A DNA stretch of 64,000 bases from Anaerolineae bacterium (GCA_034437075.1 DAOTVD010000266.1:11097-75096), one strand, 5' to 3'. Positions 18,661 through 27,836 are shown, numbered from the stretch's first letter. Numbers and translations: made by a program. The notes: a model not told the origin generated them from the sequence alone.

Positions 18661-18934
18661 GTTATGATAGAGCCAGTAGGCAGTTGCCCTGAACGCCCAG
18701 CGAGCCGGGGATGGTGCAAGCCCGGACGACCTCAACACTGCCGAATATCACTCTGGAGCCGTGAGCAGAACCGCCTGTCGATACGACGAGCGTAGTAGAC
18801 CTCGCCGGGATGCGCCCGCTACCGCGCAAAACGAAGTGCCCAGCATCCGCTCTGATGATGCTGTGGAATGCAGGGTGGTACCGCGTGAGCCGTCGCTCTC
18901 GTCCCTCGATCTGATGGACGCAGGGCGTTTTTTT
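18661..18934 (+). promoter_or_regulatory. T-box riboswitch leader, Ile (AUC) specifier, with intrinsic terminator
   Basis: Stem I: GA/K-turn-like base (UGAUAGAG / CUCUGGAGCC). Specifier loop 5' CCAGUA / 3' GAAU-AUC-A, with AUC at 18747-18749. AG bulge AGCGA (18699-18703) and distal loop GGUGCAA (18713-18719). Stem III: CAGCATC/GATGCTG. T-box AGGGTGGTACCGCG (18872-18885). Antiterminator: AGGG[UGGUACC]GCGUGAG..CUCUCGU CCCU. It competes with terminator CGCTCTCGTCC (18894-18904) / GGACGCAGGGCG (18916-18927) followed by T7. Confidence 0.88.
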
Positions 18935-18973
18935 ATGCCTATTCGCAAATCATATGACCTGAACGGAGTCATT

Positions 18974-19465
18974 ATGTCTTTTGATGTGCGTGATGCAACC
19001 GAAACCGACCTGCCCGAACTGCTGCGCTTGCGCGCCGAACGGCAAGACGAATACCTGGCCCATGAACCGCGTATGCCCAGCCATGCCAAGAGCGCCGACA
19101 CTTGGGGCGCAGCCCTAGCCGAGTGGTTGGCTCGCGAAGATTGCCGCGTGGTGGTCGCCGCACGTGGCGAGGGCCTCATCGGGTATATGATCGGCTGGGC
19201 GTGGCAACAACCGCCCTTTGTGGGCGATGGTCCGCTGGGCCTCATCAGCGAAATGTCGGTGGATGGCCACTGCAAACAGGGCGGCGTAGGCCGCGCGTTG
19301 TTCAGCGCCCTGGCCGATTGGTTCCGCGCGCAGGGCATCACCGCCATCGAAGCCCGCGCGCCCCACCGCCACCCGATTGAACAAGCCTTCTGGCGCGCCA
19401 GCGGGGCCGAAGGCTTCGTGTCGCATTTTTACGTAGCATTAGCAGACCCACCTCAGGAGCCCTGA
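18974..19465 (+). CDS. GNAT-family N-acetyltransferase
   Basis: ATG 18974 lies after GGAG and downstream of the T-box terminator. GNAT motif A-like QGGVGRALFSALADWFRAQG. The annotated ORF start 18761 lies inside the leader RNA. Confidence 0.8.
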   Translation: MSFDVRDATETDLPELLRLRAERQDEYLAHEPRMPSHAKSADTWGAALAEWLAREDCRVVVAARGEGLIGYMIGWAWQQPPFVGDGPLGLISEMSVDGHCKQGGVGRALFSALADWFRAQGITAIEARAPHRHPIEQAFWRASGAEGFVSHFYVALADPPQEP

Positions 19466-19470
19466 CGCCC

Positions 19471-20466
19471 ATGCTAAAAGCGTTTCGTGAATGGCTGGGG
19501 CCCACCCGCCTGCGCGGGCTCGTCGGGCTGTTGATTGTCACTGGGCTGACCAGCACGCTATTGCAAATTGTGGCCAGGGATGAAGCCTGGACGACCAGCG
19601 CGCAGACCGGGTTGGTGCTCCTGTTTTTGGGCGGGGCGTTCGTCATTTTCGCGGGCGCGATGCAGCCCGCGCCGCGCGCTCGGCTGGCCTTTACGGTACT
19701 TCCTGCCTTGGGCGCGTTGCTCATAGGGGCGTTGCTGCCGGGGCTATTGCCGCTATTTATGGGAATCGCGCTGGGGTGGCTGTTCGCTGCCCAGTTGCTG
19801 ATGCGTAGCCCGGAAAATCGCGAATATAAACAGGCGATCAAGGCCATGCGCAAAAAAGATTATGCCAAAGCCATTGCGCAAATGAGCGCGCTCATCCAGC
19901 GCGAGCCCAAAGACGCCGCGCATTATGGCTTTCGCGCGCAGCTTTACCGCCTGGATGGGCAGCTTAAGCGCGCACGCCGAGACTACGAAAAAGTGATGCA
20001 GCTAGAGCCGGATTCTAGCCTGGGTGCCAATGGACTAGCCGACCTAGCGCTAGAAAAAGGCAATCTATCCGAGGCGCGCGAGTGGGCCGAAAAAGCCTAC
20101 CGCGCCGCGCCCGACGATTGGGTGGCGGGCTATAACCTGGGGATGATCTTGGAACGGCAAGGTGAATATGGCCCAGCGATCAAATATCTGGATGCGGCCC
20201 TGGGCCAGGACATCCCCGAAAGCCGGCATCGGTTGCTGGCCAAACTTTGGCTAGCGCGTGCCCATCACCAAAACGGCGCACACCGGAACGCCCGCGAAGC
20301 CGCCGAGGGTCTGCGTGCGGAAAAACGCGGCCTGCGCGAATGGGAAATCATCCTGGATAGCGAAGAAGGCACGCCCCTACGCGCGCAATTTCAGCAAGAT
20401 ATCCGCCTGGCCAAAGCCATCCTGGCCGGACGAGAGGCCAGCGATGTCTTTGCTGCTGAAGGATAA
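19471..20466 (+). CDS. Membrane-anchored TPR-repeat protein
   Basis: Four N-terminal TM segments, then TPR-like repeats (YKQAIKAMRKKDYAKAIAQMSALIQREPKDA..., GNLSEAREWAEKAYRAAPDD...). Confidence 0.7.
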   Translation: MLKAFREWLGPTRLRGLVGLLIVTGLTSTLLQIVARDEAWTTSAQTGLVLLFLGGAFVIFAGAMQPAPRARLAFTVLPALGALLIGALLPGLLPLFMGIALGWLFAAQLLMRSPENREYKQAIKAMRKKDYAKAIAQMSALIQREPKDAAHYGFRAQLYRLDGQLKRARRDYEKVMQLEPDSSLGANGLADLALEKGNLSEAREWAEKAYRAAPDDWVAGYNLGMILERQGEYGPAIKYLDAALGQDIPESRHRLLAKLWLARAHHQNGAHRNAREAAEGLRAEKRGLREWEIILDSEEGTPLRAQFQQDIRLAKAILAGREASDVFAAEG

Positions 20467-21220
20467 GCGCGTCCGCGCGGCCCTGGCGCTCGCCGTGCTG
20501 GAATGGCTCGTGGTGGGCGGATTGGTCGTGCGCTTCGGGGGCGATCAACTGCTGGCGGCGGGCATCGTGCTAGTGGTGGCCACCTGGTTGCAGATGGGCA
20601 TCTTATTCGGCGGACGGGGCACGCGCGGCCCGTTGCGCCAGGCACAGGCGGCCTTCAGGCAAGGCAATTACGCTCAGGCGGCCCAACTTTTGGAAGGCAC
20701 GGCGGATAATGTGCCGGGCCAAACCCTCTTGGGCAACACCTATCGCCAGCAAAACCGCCTGGCCGAGAGCGAAGCCACCCTACGCGCTGCTGTGCAACGC
20801 GCGCCGCAAGACGCCTTTCCGCTCTATGGATTGGGGCGGACGTTGCTGGCGCAGGGGAACTACGCCGAAGCCGCCGAGTATATCAACCGTGCCTTAGACC
20901 ACGGTGGCCGCCAGGCGATTCGCTGTGAACTAGCCCTGGCCCATTACCTGAACAATACCCCCGACGCCGCATTAGTGGCTGCTCAGAAGACCAGCCGCGC
21001 GCTGGGTTTAGAACCGTATCGGATATTGATGGTGAACTATTTGCTCTATCGCTTGGCGGATGATGCACGCGCCCCCGTCATCATCGCACGTACGCAAACG
21101 GGGCTTGGTTATTGGCGTGCGGAAGCCGAACGCTTCGCCAACACCCCTTATGGTGGGGGGTTAGTCTCGGAAATCGGCATCTTGGAAAAGCTCATTCACG
21201 AGGAGTTACCGGCTTCATGA
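20444..21220 (+). CDS. Membrane-anchored TPR-repeat protein (second)
   Basis: Internal ATG 20444 (MSLLLKDKRVRAALALAVLEWLVVGG), two TM segments, then TPR-like repeats (FRQGNYAQAAQLLEG..., GNYAEAAEYINRALD). It overlaps the preceding gene by 23 nt. Confidence 0.65.
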   Translation: MSLLLKDKRVRAALALAVLEWLVVGGLVVRFGGDQLLAAGIVLVVATWLQMGILFGGRGTRGPLRQAQAAFRQGNYAQAAQLLEGTADNVPGQTLLGNTYRQQNRLAESEATLRAAVQRAPQDAFPLYGLGRTLLAQGNYAEAAEYINRALDHGGRQAIRCELALAHYLNNTPDAALVAAQKTSRALGLEPYRILMVNYLLYRLADDARAPVIIARTQTGLGYWRAEAERFANTPYGGGLVSEIGILEKLIHEELPAS

Positions 21221-21726
21221 AAAACTTGAGCTGGAATTTGCGCATTGCCATTGGCGGTGTCGTTCTGATTATCTTATCAGTTGGCGGGTTTTTCGCTTGG
21301 TATAGTGTATCTCAGGGGGCGTACGATGGCCCAGCGGAGTACACTCCGTACCCCAATGTAGAACCCATTGCCGCCGAAGAAACCGAGGGTCGGACTTTCT
21401 ATCGCTTTATCGCGCCGGACGATCACCAGGCGGTGCAAGCTTTTTTTGCCGAACAAGGTTTCGAATGCCAGGCGTTTAACGGCAATGTGCAAGAAGGCCC
21501 CACTATCCGCCAAAATGTGTTCGTGCGCGCGACCTGTCTTTTGGAGCGCATCCATCCCTTGGGCTTTCAGCAAACCGTCCAGGTGAGCATCCAACCGGAG
21601 CGCACCGCCCTGGAATACGAGAACAATAATCCGCAGGCGGCCATCGTTGGCGGGGGTATCCCCACCGGGCGCACCTTCATCACAGAACAAAGTACCTGGG
21701 ACACCAGCGGCCTTTTTGGAGGATAA
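21217..21726 (+). CDS. Hypothetical single-pass membrane protein
   Basis: ATGA start/stop overlap with the upstream gene. MKNLSWNLRIAIGGVVLIILSVGGFFAWY anchor. About 140-aa extracytoplasmic domain with 2 Cys. Confidence 0.6.
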   Translation: MKNLSWNLRIAIGGVVLIILSVGGFFAWYSVSQGAYDGPAEYTPYPNVEPIAAEETEGRTFYRFIAPDDHQAVQAFFAEQGFECQAFNGNVQEGPTIRQNVFVRATCLLERIHPLGFQQTVQVSIQPERTALEYENNNPQAAIVGGGIPTGRTFITEQSTWDTSGLFGG

Positions 21727-21730
21727 CCCC

Positions 21731-22249
21731 ATGACGCATTCGGAAAATACAACGCCTGTGGATGTCAAGCCGCGCCCCGCGCGCGATGTAGGAGTTCAGA
21801 TTCCGCTATGGTTGGCTCTGGTGGCGATGCTCGTGGCGATCATTATCGCCGCGCTGATCGCCTTGCAGCTTTTCGGGCCGTTGGTCAGCCTGGTGTTGCC
21901 CATTACGGCAGAAGTGCCCGTGCCACCCGGTAGCACAGAGCGCGAGTATATCGACACTTCGCGCACGAGTGACGGTGAATGGCTGTACGGAAGCGACCTG
22001 GATGCGTGCCAGGTGGCGCGGTTTTACATAGACGAAACCGACAGCACATGCAACTTTACGCCATATGCTTGCATCACCAACGATGCAGGCGAATTTGTGG
22101 AATCCAACCCGGCAAACACGGGCACGGTGGCTATCTGCCGAGGGCAAGAAGAAGGGATTGTCGACAGCTTTGCCTGGGAAGTGTATATCAGCAGCCGGGG
22201 CGGGGAATACGAAACCCTCTTTCGGGCCTATCTTTACAGCGAAAGGTAA
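21731..22249 (+). CDS. Hypothetical single-pass membrane protein
   Basis: ATG 21731, 4 nt after the upstream stop. TM segment LWLALVAMLVAIIIAALIALQLF. Extracytoplasmic domain with 4 Cys. Confidence 0.6.
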   Translation: MTHSENTTPVDVKPRPARDVGVQIPLWLALVAMLVAIIIAALIALQLFGPLVSLVLPITAEVPVPPGSTEREYIDTSRTSDGEWLYGSDLDACQVARFYIDETDSTCNFTPYACITNDAGEFVESNPANTGTVAICRGQEEGIVDSFAWEVYISSRGGEYETLFRAYLYSER

Positions 22250-22282
22250 ACCATGAACCATCCGAAGCAGCAAGGAGAGCGT

Positions 22283-25200
22283 ATGTTCAAAGCAGTCAAT
22301 TCACAGGTAGACATCCCAGCTACCGAAAAAGAAATCCTGGATTATTGGCGCGCGCAGAATATTTTTCAGCGCTCGATGGATGAACGCCAGGGCAACCCTA
22401 GTTATGTTTTCTACGAAGGCCCGCCCACGGCCAATGGGCGCCCCGGCAGCCATCATCTGATCTCGCGCGCCTTTAAGGATATGTTCCCGCGTTACCACAC
22501 CATGCGCGGGCGCTATGTGCTGCGCAAAGGCGGCTGGGATACGCACGGCTTGCCCGTGGAGATCGAAGTCCAGAAGCAATTGGGCATCGAGTTTAAGCAC
22601 GAGGTCGAAGAAACGGTCGGCATCGCCAAATTCAACGAGATGTGTAAAGAAAGCGTCTTCAAATACATCCAAGAATGGGAAGATTTCACCGAGCGCATCG
22701 CCTTCTGGGTGAGCCTAGACGACGCCTATGTGACCTATCATAACGAGTACATCCAGAGCGTGTGGTGGATTTTGAAAAAATTGTGGGATAAGGGCCTGAT
22801 ATATCAGGGCTATAAGGTCGTGCCCTATTGCCCGGTGTGCGGCACGCCCCTAAGCAGCCATGAAGTCTCGCTAGGCTACGAAGAAGTTGATGATCCGAGC
22901 GCCTATGTGCGCTTTAAGGTCAAAGGCATCGAGGACACGTATTTTCTAGCCTGGACGACCACGCCCTGGACCCTGCCGGGCAATGTGGCGCTGGCCGTCG
23001 GCCCGCAGATCGAATACGTGCTGGCCGAGGGTCGGCAATCCGCCGACGCGCCTACCGAGCGCGTTTATGTGGCGAAAAGCCTAGTCGAAGCCGTGTTACA
23101 AAAACACAGCGCCGACGATGGCGGCTACGAGATCATCGAAACACTGAAAGGCACCGACCTAATCGGCATGCATTACGAGCCGCTGTATAGCTATTTGCCT
23201 GTCGAGGGCGATTATGCGTATGTCACGGGCGGGGATTTTGTCTCGTTGGAAGACGGCACAGGCATTGTGCATATGGCGCCGGCCTTCGGCGCGGATGATA
23301 TGGAAATCGGCCAGCGCGAAGGCTTGCCCGTGCTGGTGACGGTGAACGAGCAAGGCAAATTCATCCCCGAAGTAGAAATCGTGGCGGGGCTGTGGTTCAA
23401 AGACGCCGATAAGATCATCCGGCGCGACCTGCGCGACCGCAATTTGATGTTCCACGAGCAAAATTATCTGCATAACTACCCGCACTGTTGGCGCAGCAAA
23501 AATCCGCTGATGTACTACGCGCGCGATACCTGGTACATCCGCACCACGGAATATCGCGATAAGCTGGTGGAACTGAACAACACCATCAAATGGGTGCCCG
23601 ATCATGTGCGCACGGGCCGTTTTGGCAGATGGTTGGAAGACGTCAAAGATTGGGCGCTGGGCCGCGAACGCTTCTGGGGGACGCCCTTACCCGTGTGGGT
23701 GTGTGATAATCCCGAGATCGAGCACAGCGTATGCATCGGCAGCGTCGCAGAACTGGAAGAATACACCGGGCGCGACCTGAGCGAATTGGATTTGCACCGC
23801 CCATACGTGGATGACATCACCTGGGGAGTCGAAATCGACGGCAAAAAAGGCACCATGCGCCGCGTGCCCGAAGTCATTGATGTGTGGTTCGACAGCGGCG
23901 CGATGCCTTTCGCCCAATGGGGGTATCCGTTTGATAACCAGCAGCAATTCGAGGCCCAATACCCCGCCGATTACATCTGCGAAGCCGTGGATCAAACGCG
24001 CGGCTGGTTTTATAGCCTGCACGCGATTTCGACATTGCTCGAAGAAAGCGTCGCCTATAAAAATGTCATCTGTTTGGGGCATATCCTGGGCGCGGATGGC
24101 AAGAAGATGTCCAAGAGCCGCCCCGAAACCTTCGTCGCGCCCTGGGATATCCTGGATCAATACGGCGCGGATGCCTTCCGCTGGTATATGTATGTCTCGG
24201 CCCCGCCGGGCGAGGCGCGCGTGCTGGCGCTGGATAAGGTCGGCGATGTGGTGCGCAGTTTTTACCTCACGCTATGGAACGTCTTTAGCTTTTTTACGAC
24301 TTACGCCGAGTTGGATGGCTTCGACCCGCACGCCGCACAAGTTCCGCTGACCGAGCGTGACGCGCTCGACCGCTGGGTGCTGGGTGAACTCAATATCCTG
24401 GTGGAAAAAGTCACGGCGGCGTTTGACGATTACGACGCCACCAACGCCACCCGCCCCATCGAAACCTTCGTGGATGACCTGAGCAATTGGTATCTGCGGC
24501 GCTCGCGGCGGCGTTTCTGGCGCACGGATAACGATCAAGACAAGCGCGCGGCCTATCAGACGCTTTACGAATGCCTGGTGACGGTCGCGAAGCTCATCGC
24601 GCCGACTATGCCCTTCCTGGCGGATAAGCTCTATTTGGGGCTGGTGCGCGATGTAGACCCGAACGCGCCTGATAGCGTCCACCTGACCGACTGGCCGACC
24701 GCCGACCCTGGTCGCGTGGATGATACGCTGGTGGAGGAAATGCGCCTGGCCAAGCGTTTGGTCAGCCTGGGGCATTCGGCGCGTAATGCCAGCGGCGTGC
24801 GCGTGCGCCAGCCCTTGGCCGAAGCCGCGTTTGGCGTGCCCAGCACCCACGACGCGGATGTGGTGCGGCGCATGCAAGACCTCATCGCGGAAGAACTGAA
24901 CGTTAAAGCCGTGAAGGTGCTGGAAGCGACCGAAGGCCTGGTGGAATATAAGCTAAAACCCGTGGATGCACTGGGGCGCCAACTGCGCGGGGATTTTCCC
25001 GCTGTGCGTAACGCCCTCGTCAATGCTGACCCGGCCCAGGTTGCGGCGTGGGGCAAGCGCTTGATGAGCGGCGAGAAGATCAGCGTAGCCGCCAACGGCA
25101 AAAGCTTTGACCTCGGCCTGGATGAGATCGTGGTGCAGCAGACCGGCGCCGAGGGCTATGCCGTGGCCGAAAACGCCGGGTATTTGGCCGCGTTGCAAAC

Positions 25201-25483
25201 TGAGCTTTCCGAGGAACTCGTGCAAGAGGGCCTCGCGCGCGAGGTCGTGCGGCGTATTCAAACCTTGCGCAAAGATTCCGGCCTAGACATCAGCGACCGC
25301 ATTCAGGTGGTTTACGACGCCAGCCCGGCGCTTAAAACGGCTATCGAGCGCTTCGCAGGCTATATCACAGGCGAAACGCTGGCCGATAGCCTGACCGCAG
25401 GTCAACCCACCCTCGGCCAGAACGGCCTACAAGACGATTTCGATAACGAAAAACTGTCCCTGAGTCTCGCCAAAACCGAATAA
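22283..25483 (+). CDS. ileS: Isoleucyl-tRNA synthetase
   Basis: Collinear with Thermus-type IleRS (MFK..., YEGPPTANG..., WDTHGLPVE, KMSKS at KKMSKSRPE). ATG 22283 is preceded by AAGGAGAG. An alternative ATG is at 22253. Confidence 0.93.
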   Translation: MFKAVNSQVDIPATEKEILDYWRAQNIFQRSMDERQGNPSYVFYEGPPTANGRPGSHHLISRAFKDMFPRYHTMRGRYVLRKGGWDTHGLPVEIEVQKQLGIEFKHEVEETVGIAKFNEMCKESVFKYIQEWEDFTERIAFWVSLDDAYVTYHNEYIQSVWWILKKLWDKGLIYQGYKVVPYCPVCGTPLSSHEVSLGYEEVDDPSAYVRFKVKGIEDTYFLAWTTTPWTLPGNVALAVGPQIEYVLAEGRQSADAPTERVYVAKSLVEAVLQKHSADDGGYEIIETLKGTDLIGMHYEPLYSYLPVEGDYAYVTGGDFVSLEDGTGIVHMAPAFGADDMEIGQREGLPVLVTVNEQGKFIPEVEIVAGLWFKDADKIIRRDLRDRNLMFHEQNYLHNYPHCWRSKNPLMYYARDTWYIRTTEYRDKLVELNNTIKWVPDHVRTGRFGRWLEDVKDWALGRERFWGTPLPVWVCDNPEIEHSVCIGSVAELEEYTGRDLSELDLHRPYVDDITWGVEIDGKKGTMRRVPEVIDVWFDSGAMPFAQWGYPFDNQQQFEAQYPADYICEAVDQTRGWFYSLHAISTLLEESVAYKNVICLGHILGADGKKMSKSRPETFVAPWDILDQYGADAFRWYMYVSAPPGEARVLALDKVGDVVRSFYLTLWNVFSFFTTYAELDGFDPHAAQVPLTERDALDRWVLGELNILVEKVTAAFDDYDATNATRPIETFVDDLSNWYLRRSRRRFWRTDNDQDKRAAYQTLYECLVTVAKLIAPTMPFLADKLYLGLVRDVDPNAPDSVHLTDWPTADPGRVDDTLVEEMRLAKRLVSLGHSARNASGVRVRQPLAEAAFGVPSTHDADVVRRMQDLIAEELNVKAVKVLEATEGLVEYKLKPVDALGRQLRGDFPAVRNALVNADPAQVAAWGKRLMSGEKISVAANGKSFDLGLDEIVVQQTGAEGYAVAENAGYLAALQTELSEELVQEGLAREVVRRIQTLRKDSGLDISDRIQVVYDASPALKTAIERFAGYITGETLADSLTAGQPTLGQNGLQDDFDNEKLSLSLAKTE

Positions 25484-25506
25484 CACCCGCTAACCGACTA
25501 TAGATC

Positions 25507-25536
25507 GCCGGGGGCGTTTTGCCCCCGGCTTGTTTG
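25507..25536 (+). terminator. Stem-loop after ileS (possible partial terminator)
   Basis: GCCGGGGGC-GTTTT-GCCCCCGGC followed by TTGTTTG. It lies between ileS and lspA. Confidence 0.5.
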
Positions 25537-25543
25537 AGGCACT

Positions 25544-26122
25544 ATGACCCAAGAAACGACTCCGCAAAGAATATCGACGCGGCCCACCCATTGGCTGTTG
25601 CTGGCGGGCGTCGTCGCCGTGACGCTTATCCTAGATCAGATCACCAAGGCGGCGGTGGTGGCCAACCTGAGCCTCTACGAAGATTGGACGCCCATCCCCG
25701 CCCTGGCCGAATTTTTCCAAATCACCTACACGCGCAACACGGGCGCGGCCTTTGGGCTGTTTCCGACCGCTAGCAATGTGTTTCTGGTGGTGGCCGTCAT
25801 CGCCTCGGGGGTCATCATCTACTACTACCGCCAGATACGCGGAAACGCCTGGCTTTTGCGCATCGGCATGGGGATGATGATGGGCGGCGCGCTGGGCAAT
25901 GCGTTAGATCGCATCACGCGCGGGTATGTGGTGGATTTTTTGCACGTCTTTTACGAGCCGATTGGCTTTAATTATCCCGTGTTCAATTTGGCCGATAGTG
26001 GCATTGTCATTGGCGTATTCCTGCTGATTCTGTTATTGGGGCGTCATATTGAAGTCGATGACAAGGAAGAAAACGCCGCCACCGACAGCGAAGCGCCCCC
26101 GCCGGATTATTCATCCCAATAG
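25544..26122 (+). CDS. lspA: Lipoprotein signal peptidase II
   Basis: NTGAAFG, the FNLADS active-site region, four TM segments, and the conserved ileS-lspA linkage. Confidence 0.9.
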   Translation: MTQETTPQRISTRPTHWLLLAGVVAVTLILDQITKAAVVANLSLYEDWTPIPALAEFFQITYTRNTGAAFGLFPTASNVFLVVAVIASGVIIYYYRQIRGNAWLLRIGMGMMMGGALGNALDRITRGYVVDFLHVFYEPIGFNYPVFNLADSGIVIGVFLLILLLGRHIEVDDKEENAATDSEAPPPDYSSQ

Positions 26123-27759
26123 AAGACCAGCGCGTTGGTGCCGGGGCGCTCGCCCTCCCAACCATGGTCGGAGACGGAATTTCCGGCCAGGTACATCGTC
26201 GCGGAGCCGCCCCCGTCAAATTCCATGGCTTCGCTCGCGCCGAACTCTAGCAAAAAATCGGCCAGTTCGCGCCGGGTGGCACCGCCGCTGTCTTCGACCT
26301 CATAGCCTTCCACCATCGCAGCGTAGAGTAATGTCGCGCTGTCGTCATAGGCCACAGCCACGCGCGGCAGGCTACTAGCGCCCGCCTGCCGGGCGCGGAA
26401 GTCATCCGTAAATTCTTCGCAGATGGGGTTTTCGGCTGTGGGGTCGCAATCCACGAAGAATTCGCCATTCATCAACAGACGCGGCCCGCCGCTGATAGCG
26501 GATTCGAAGTCTTGCCAGGGCGGTTCGGTCGGTAAGTCAATTTGCAGGGTATCACCGATTTCGACGTTCGCGCGTAGCCAATCGGCGGTGCTGCCTTCGC
26601 CACGTAAGGCGAAATGCCCATCGGGGATGTCTAAGCCTTCGTTATCAACAATCTCTAGCACGGTGAAATCTTCATCCAGCAGCACGCGCAGGCCCCGATA
26701 GCTAAGCGGCAAGCGGTTGGCGCGATGGTGCGAATACAGGCACAGCCAATCGACCTGGCAGGGCAGATTCATCAGTTGCAGGGGGATGACCTCGCCATTT
26801 TCAGCGGTGACGCTCGCGGGCCATGTCCAGCTGGTGGTGAAGTAGCCGATAAACGGTTCGCGGTCGTGTGTCAGACCAAAGGCCGAGCGGAACTTGGGTG
26901 CCGTGACGACCGCGCCATCAATGACCGTAATGCCTTGCGGCCAGTAATTCCCGGCGTAGTAGTCGCCCGTGATGGCCGCATACGCGCCAACGGCTTCGGC
27001 CATTCCGGAAACCGGAATGGCGCGCACGCCAGGAATCGCGCCGATAGTCGTGCCCACGCGCACGCGCTCATCTTGCAAGTTCATCAGCAGCAAATGCACC
27101 TGCATCCGTTCGCGTTCATCGCCAGGGATTTGGCGCCGGATGTAGAGCATGGCGTCGTTGAGCGGAAAAGCGCGGTCGTAGCGCGTCAGGCGGATGTCGG
27201 CGGGCACCCAGCCCGGCATAGGGGCCATAGCTGGGGCCGGGGGCACTTGGTCAAGCGAGATTTCGGGCGTTTCGGCGGTGATGGGTAAATCGGCACAGCG
27301 CCCGAAAATATTGACATTCTCCGACCATACCCAGCCGACTTCGTTCAGATAGGGCGCAGGCAATACCACATGGAACCATTCGCGGTCGGCATCCCGGCCA
27401 AAGACGCGCATTTCCGGGTTTTCCTCGCGGTGTAACAATTGCCGGATGATGCCCCAATTGCTGCTTGGCCCGCGCCGCACGTTAATCAGATATGTCCATT
27501 TGGCCTCGGCATGGCAGGTCATGTGCACGCGCCGTTCGGGGGGGATGATGCCAGGGAGCGCCGCGCCACGCGGCATGTTTAGCGCCGGGGTATCGAGGGT
27601 GCTGGTCGGAAAGGGCGCCAACGAAGCCGTCGCGGTCGGAAAATCCGGCGGGGGTGTTTCTTGACCACGCGCGATAGAACCCGCCCCCGCAAACATCCAC
27701 ACAAGGGCCAACAGGCTTCCGCCAGCTAGACTGAGGAAAATCATCCGGTAATGCTGCAT
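26107..27759 (-). CDS. Secreted phosphodiester glycosidase (DUF2233/NAGPA-like) family protein
   Basis: C-terminal GGPRLLMNGEF...AVAYDDSATLLYAAMVEG...GATRRELADFLLEFGASEAMEFDGGGSATMY. Signal-anchor start at ATG 27759 after GAGGGA. The 27918 ORF start is an upstream extension. Confidence 0.7.
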   Translation of the reverse strand: MQHYRMIFLSLAGGSLLALVWMFAGAGSIARGQETPPPDFPTATASLAPFPTSTLDTPALNMPRGAALPGIIPPERRVHMTCHAEAKWTYLINVRRGPSSNWGIIRQLLHREENPEMRVFGRDADREWFHVVLPAPYLNEVGWVWSENVNIFGRCADLPITAETPEISLDQVPPAPAMAPMPGWVPADIRLTRYDRAFPLNDAMLYIRRQIPGDERERMQVHLLLMNLQDERVRVGTTIGAIPGVRAIPVSGMAEAVGAYAAITGDYYAGNYWPQGITVIDGAVVTAPKFRSAFGLTHDREPFIGYFTTSWTWPASVTAENGEVIPLQLMNLPCQVDWLCLYSHHRANRLPLSYRGLRVLLDEDFTVLEIVDNEGLDIPDGHFALRGEGSTADWLRANVEIGDTLQIDLPTEPPWQDFESAISGGPRLLMNGEFFVDCDPTAENPICEEFTDDFRARQAGASSLPRVAVAYDDSATLLYAAMVEGYEVEDSGGATRRELADFLLEFGASEAMEFDGGGSATMYLAGNSVSDHGWEGERPGTNALVFYWDE

Positions 27760-27836
27760 ACAATCCCTCGTTACTGTGTCTAGCGGAATTTTAGCAGAGC
27801 TAGGGCTACCTTTGAAGATGCCAGCACAAGTGGCCC

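Noticed and set aside
18700-18725. GGTGCAAGCCC, which at first sight suggested a cobalamin riboswitch next to the B12-radical-SAM gene.
   Set aside because: It is on the opposite strand from that gene. In context it is the distal loop of T-box Stem I, next to the AGCGA bulge. No B12-box was seen.
18761-18973. The 5' extension of the GNAT ORF (track start 18761).
   Set aside because: This stretch is occupied by T-box stems II/III, the T-box sequence and the terminator. A good ATG with GGAG lies at 18974, after the terminator.
20258-20443. The upstream start (20258) of the second TPR protein and the upstream start (21112) of the next gene.
   Set aside because: They would create overlaps of more than 100 nt in a different frame of well-supported genes. 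Internal ATGs at 20444 and 21217 give TM-anchored N-termini and classic short overlaps.
22253-22282. Whether the unusual HIGH region of IleRS (PGSHH instead of PHxGH) signals a pseudo-enzyme.
   Set aside because: The rest of the protein, including KMSKS and the editing domain, is intact and collinear with Thermus-type IleRS. I cannot align precisely by eye, so the deviation may be a normal lineage variant.
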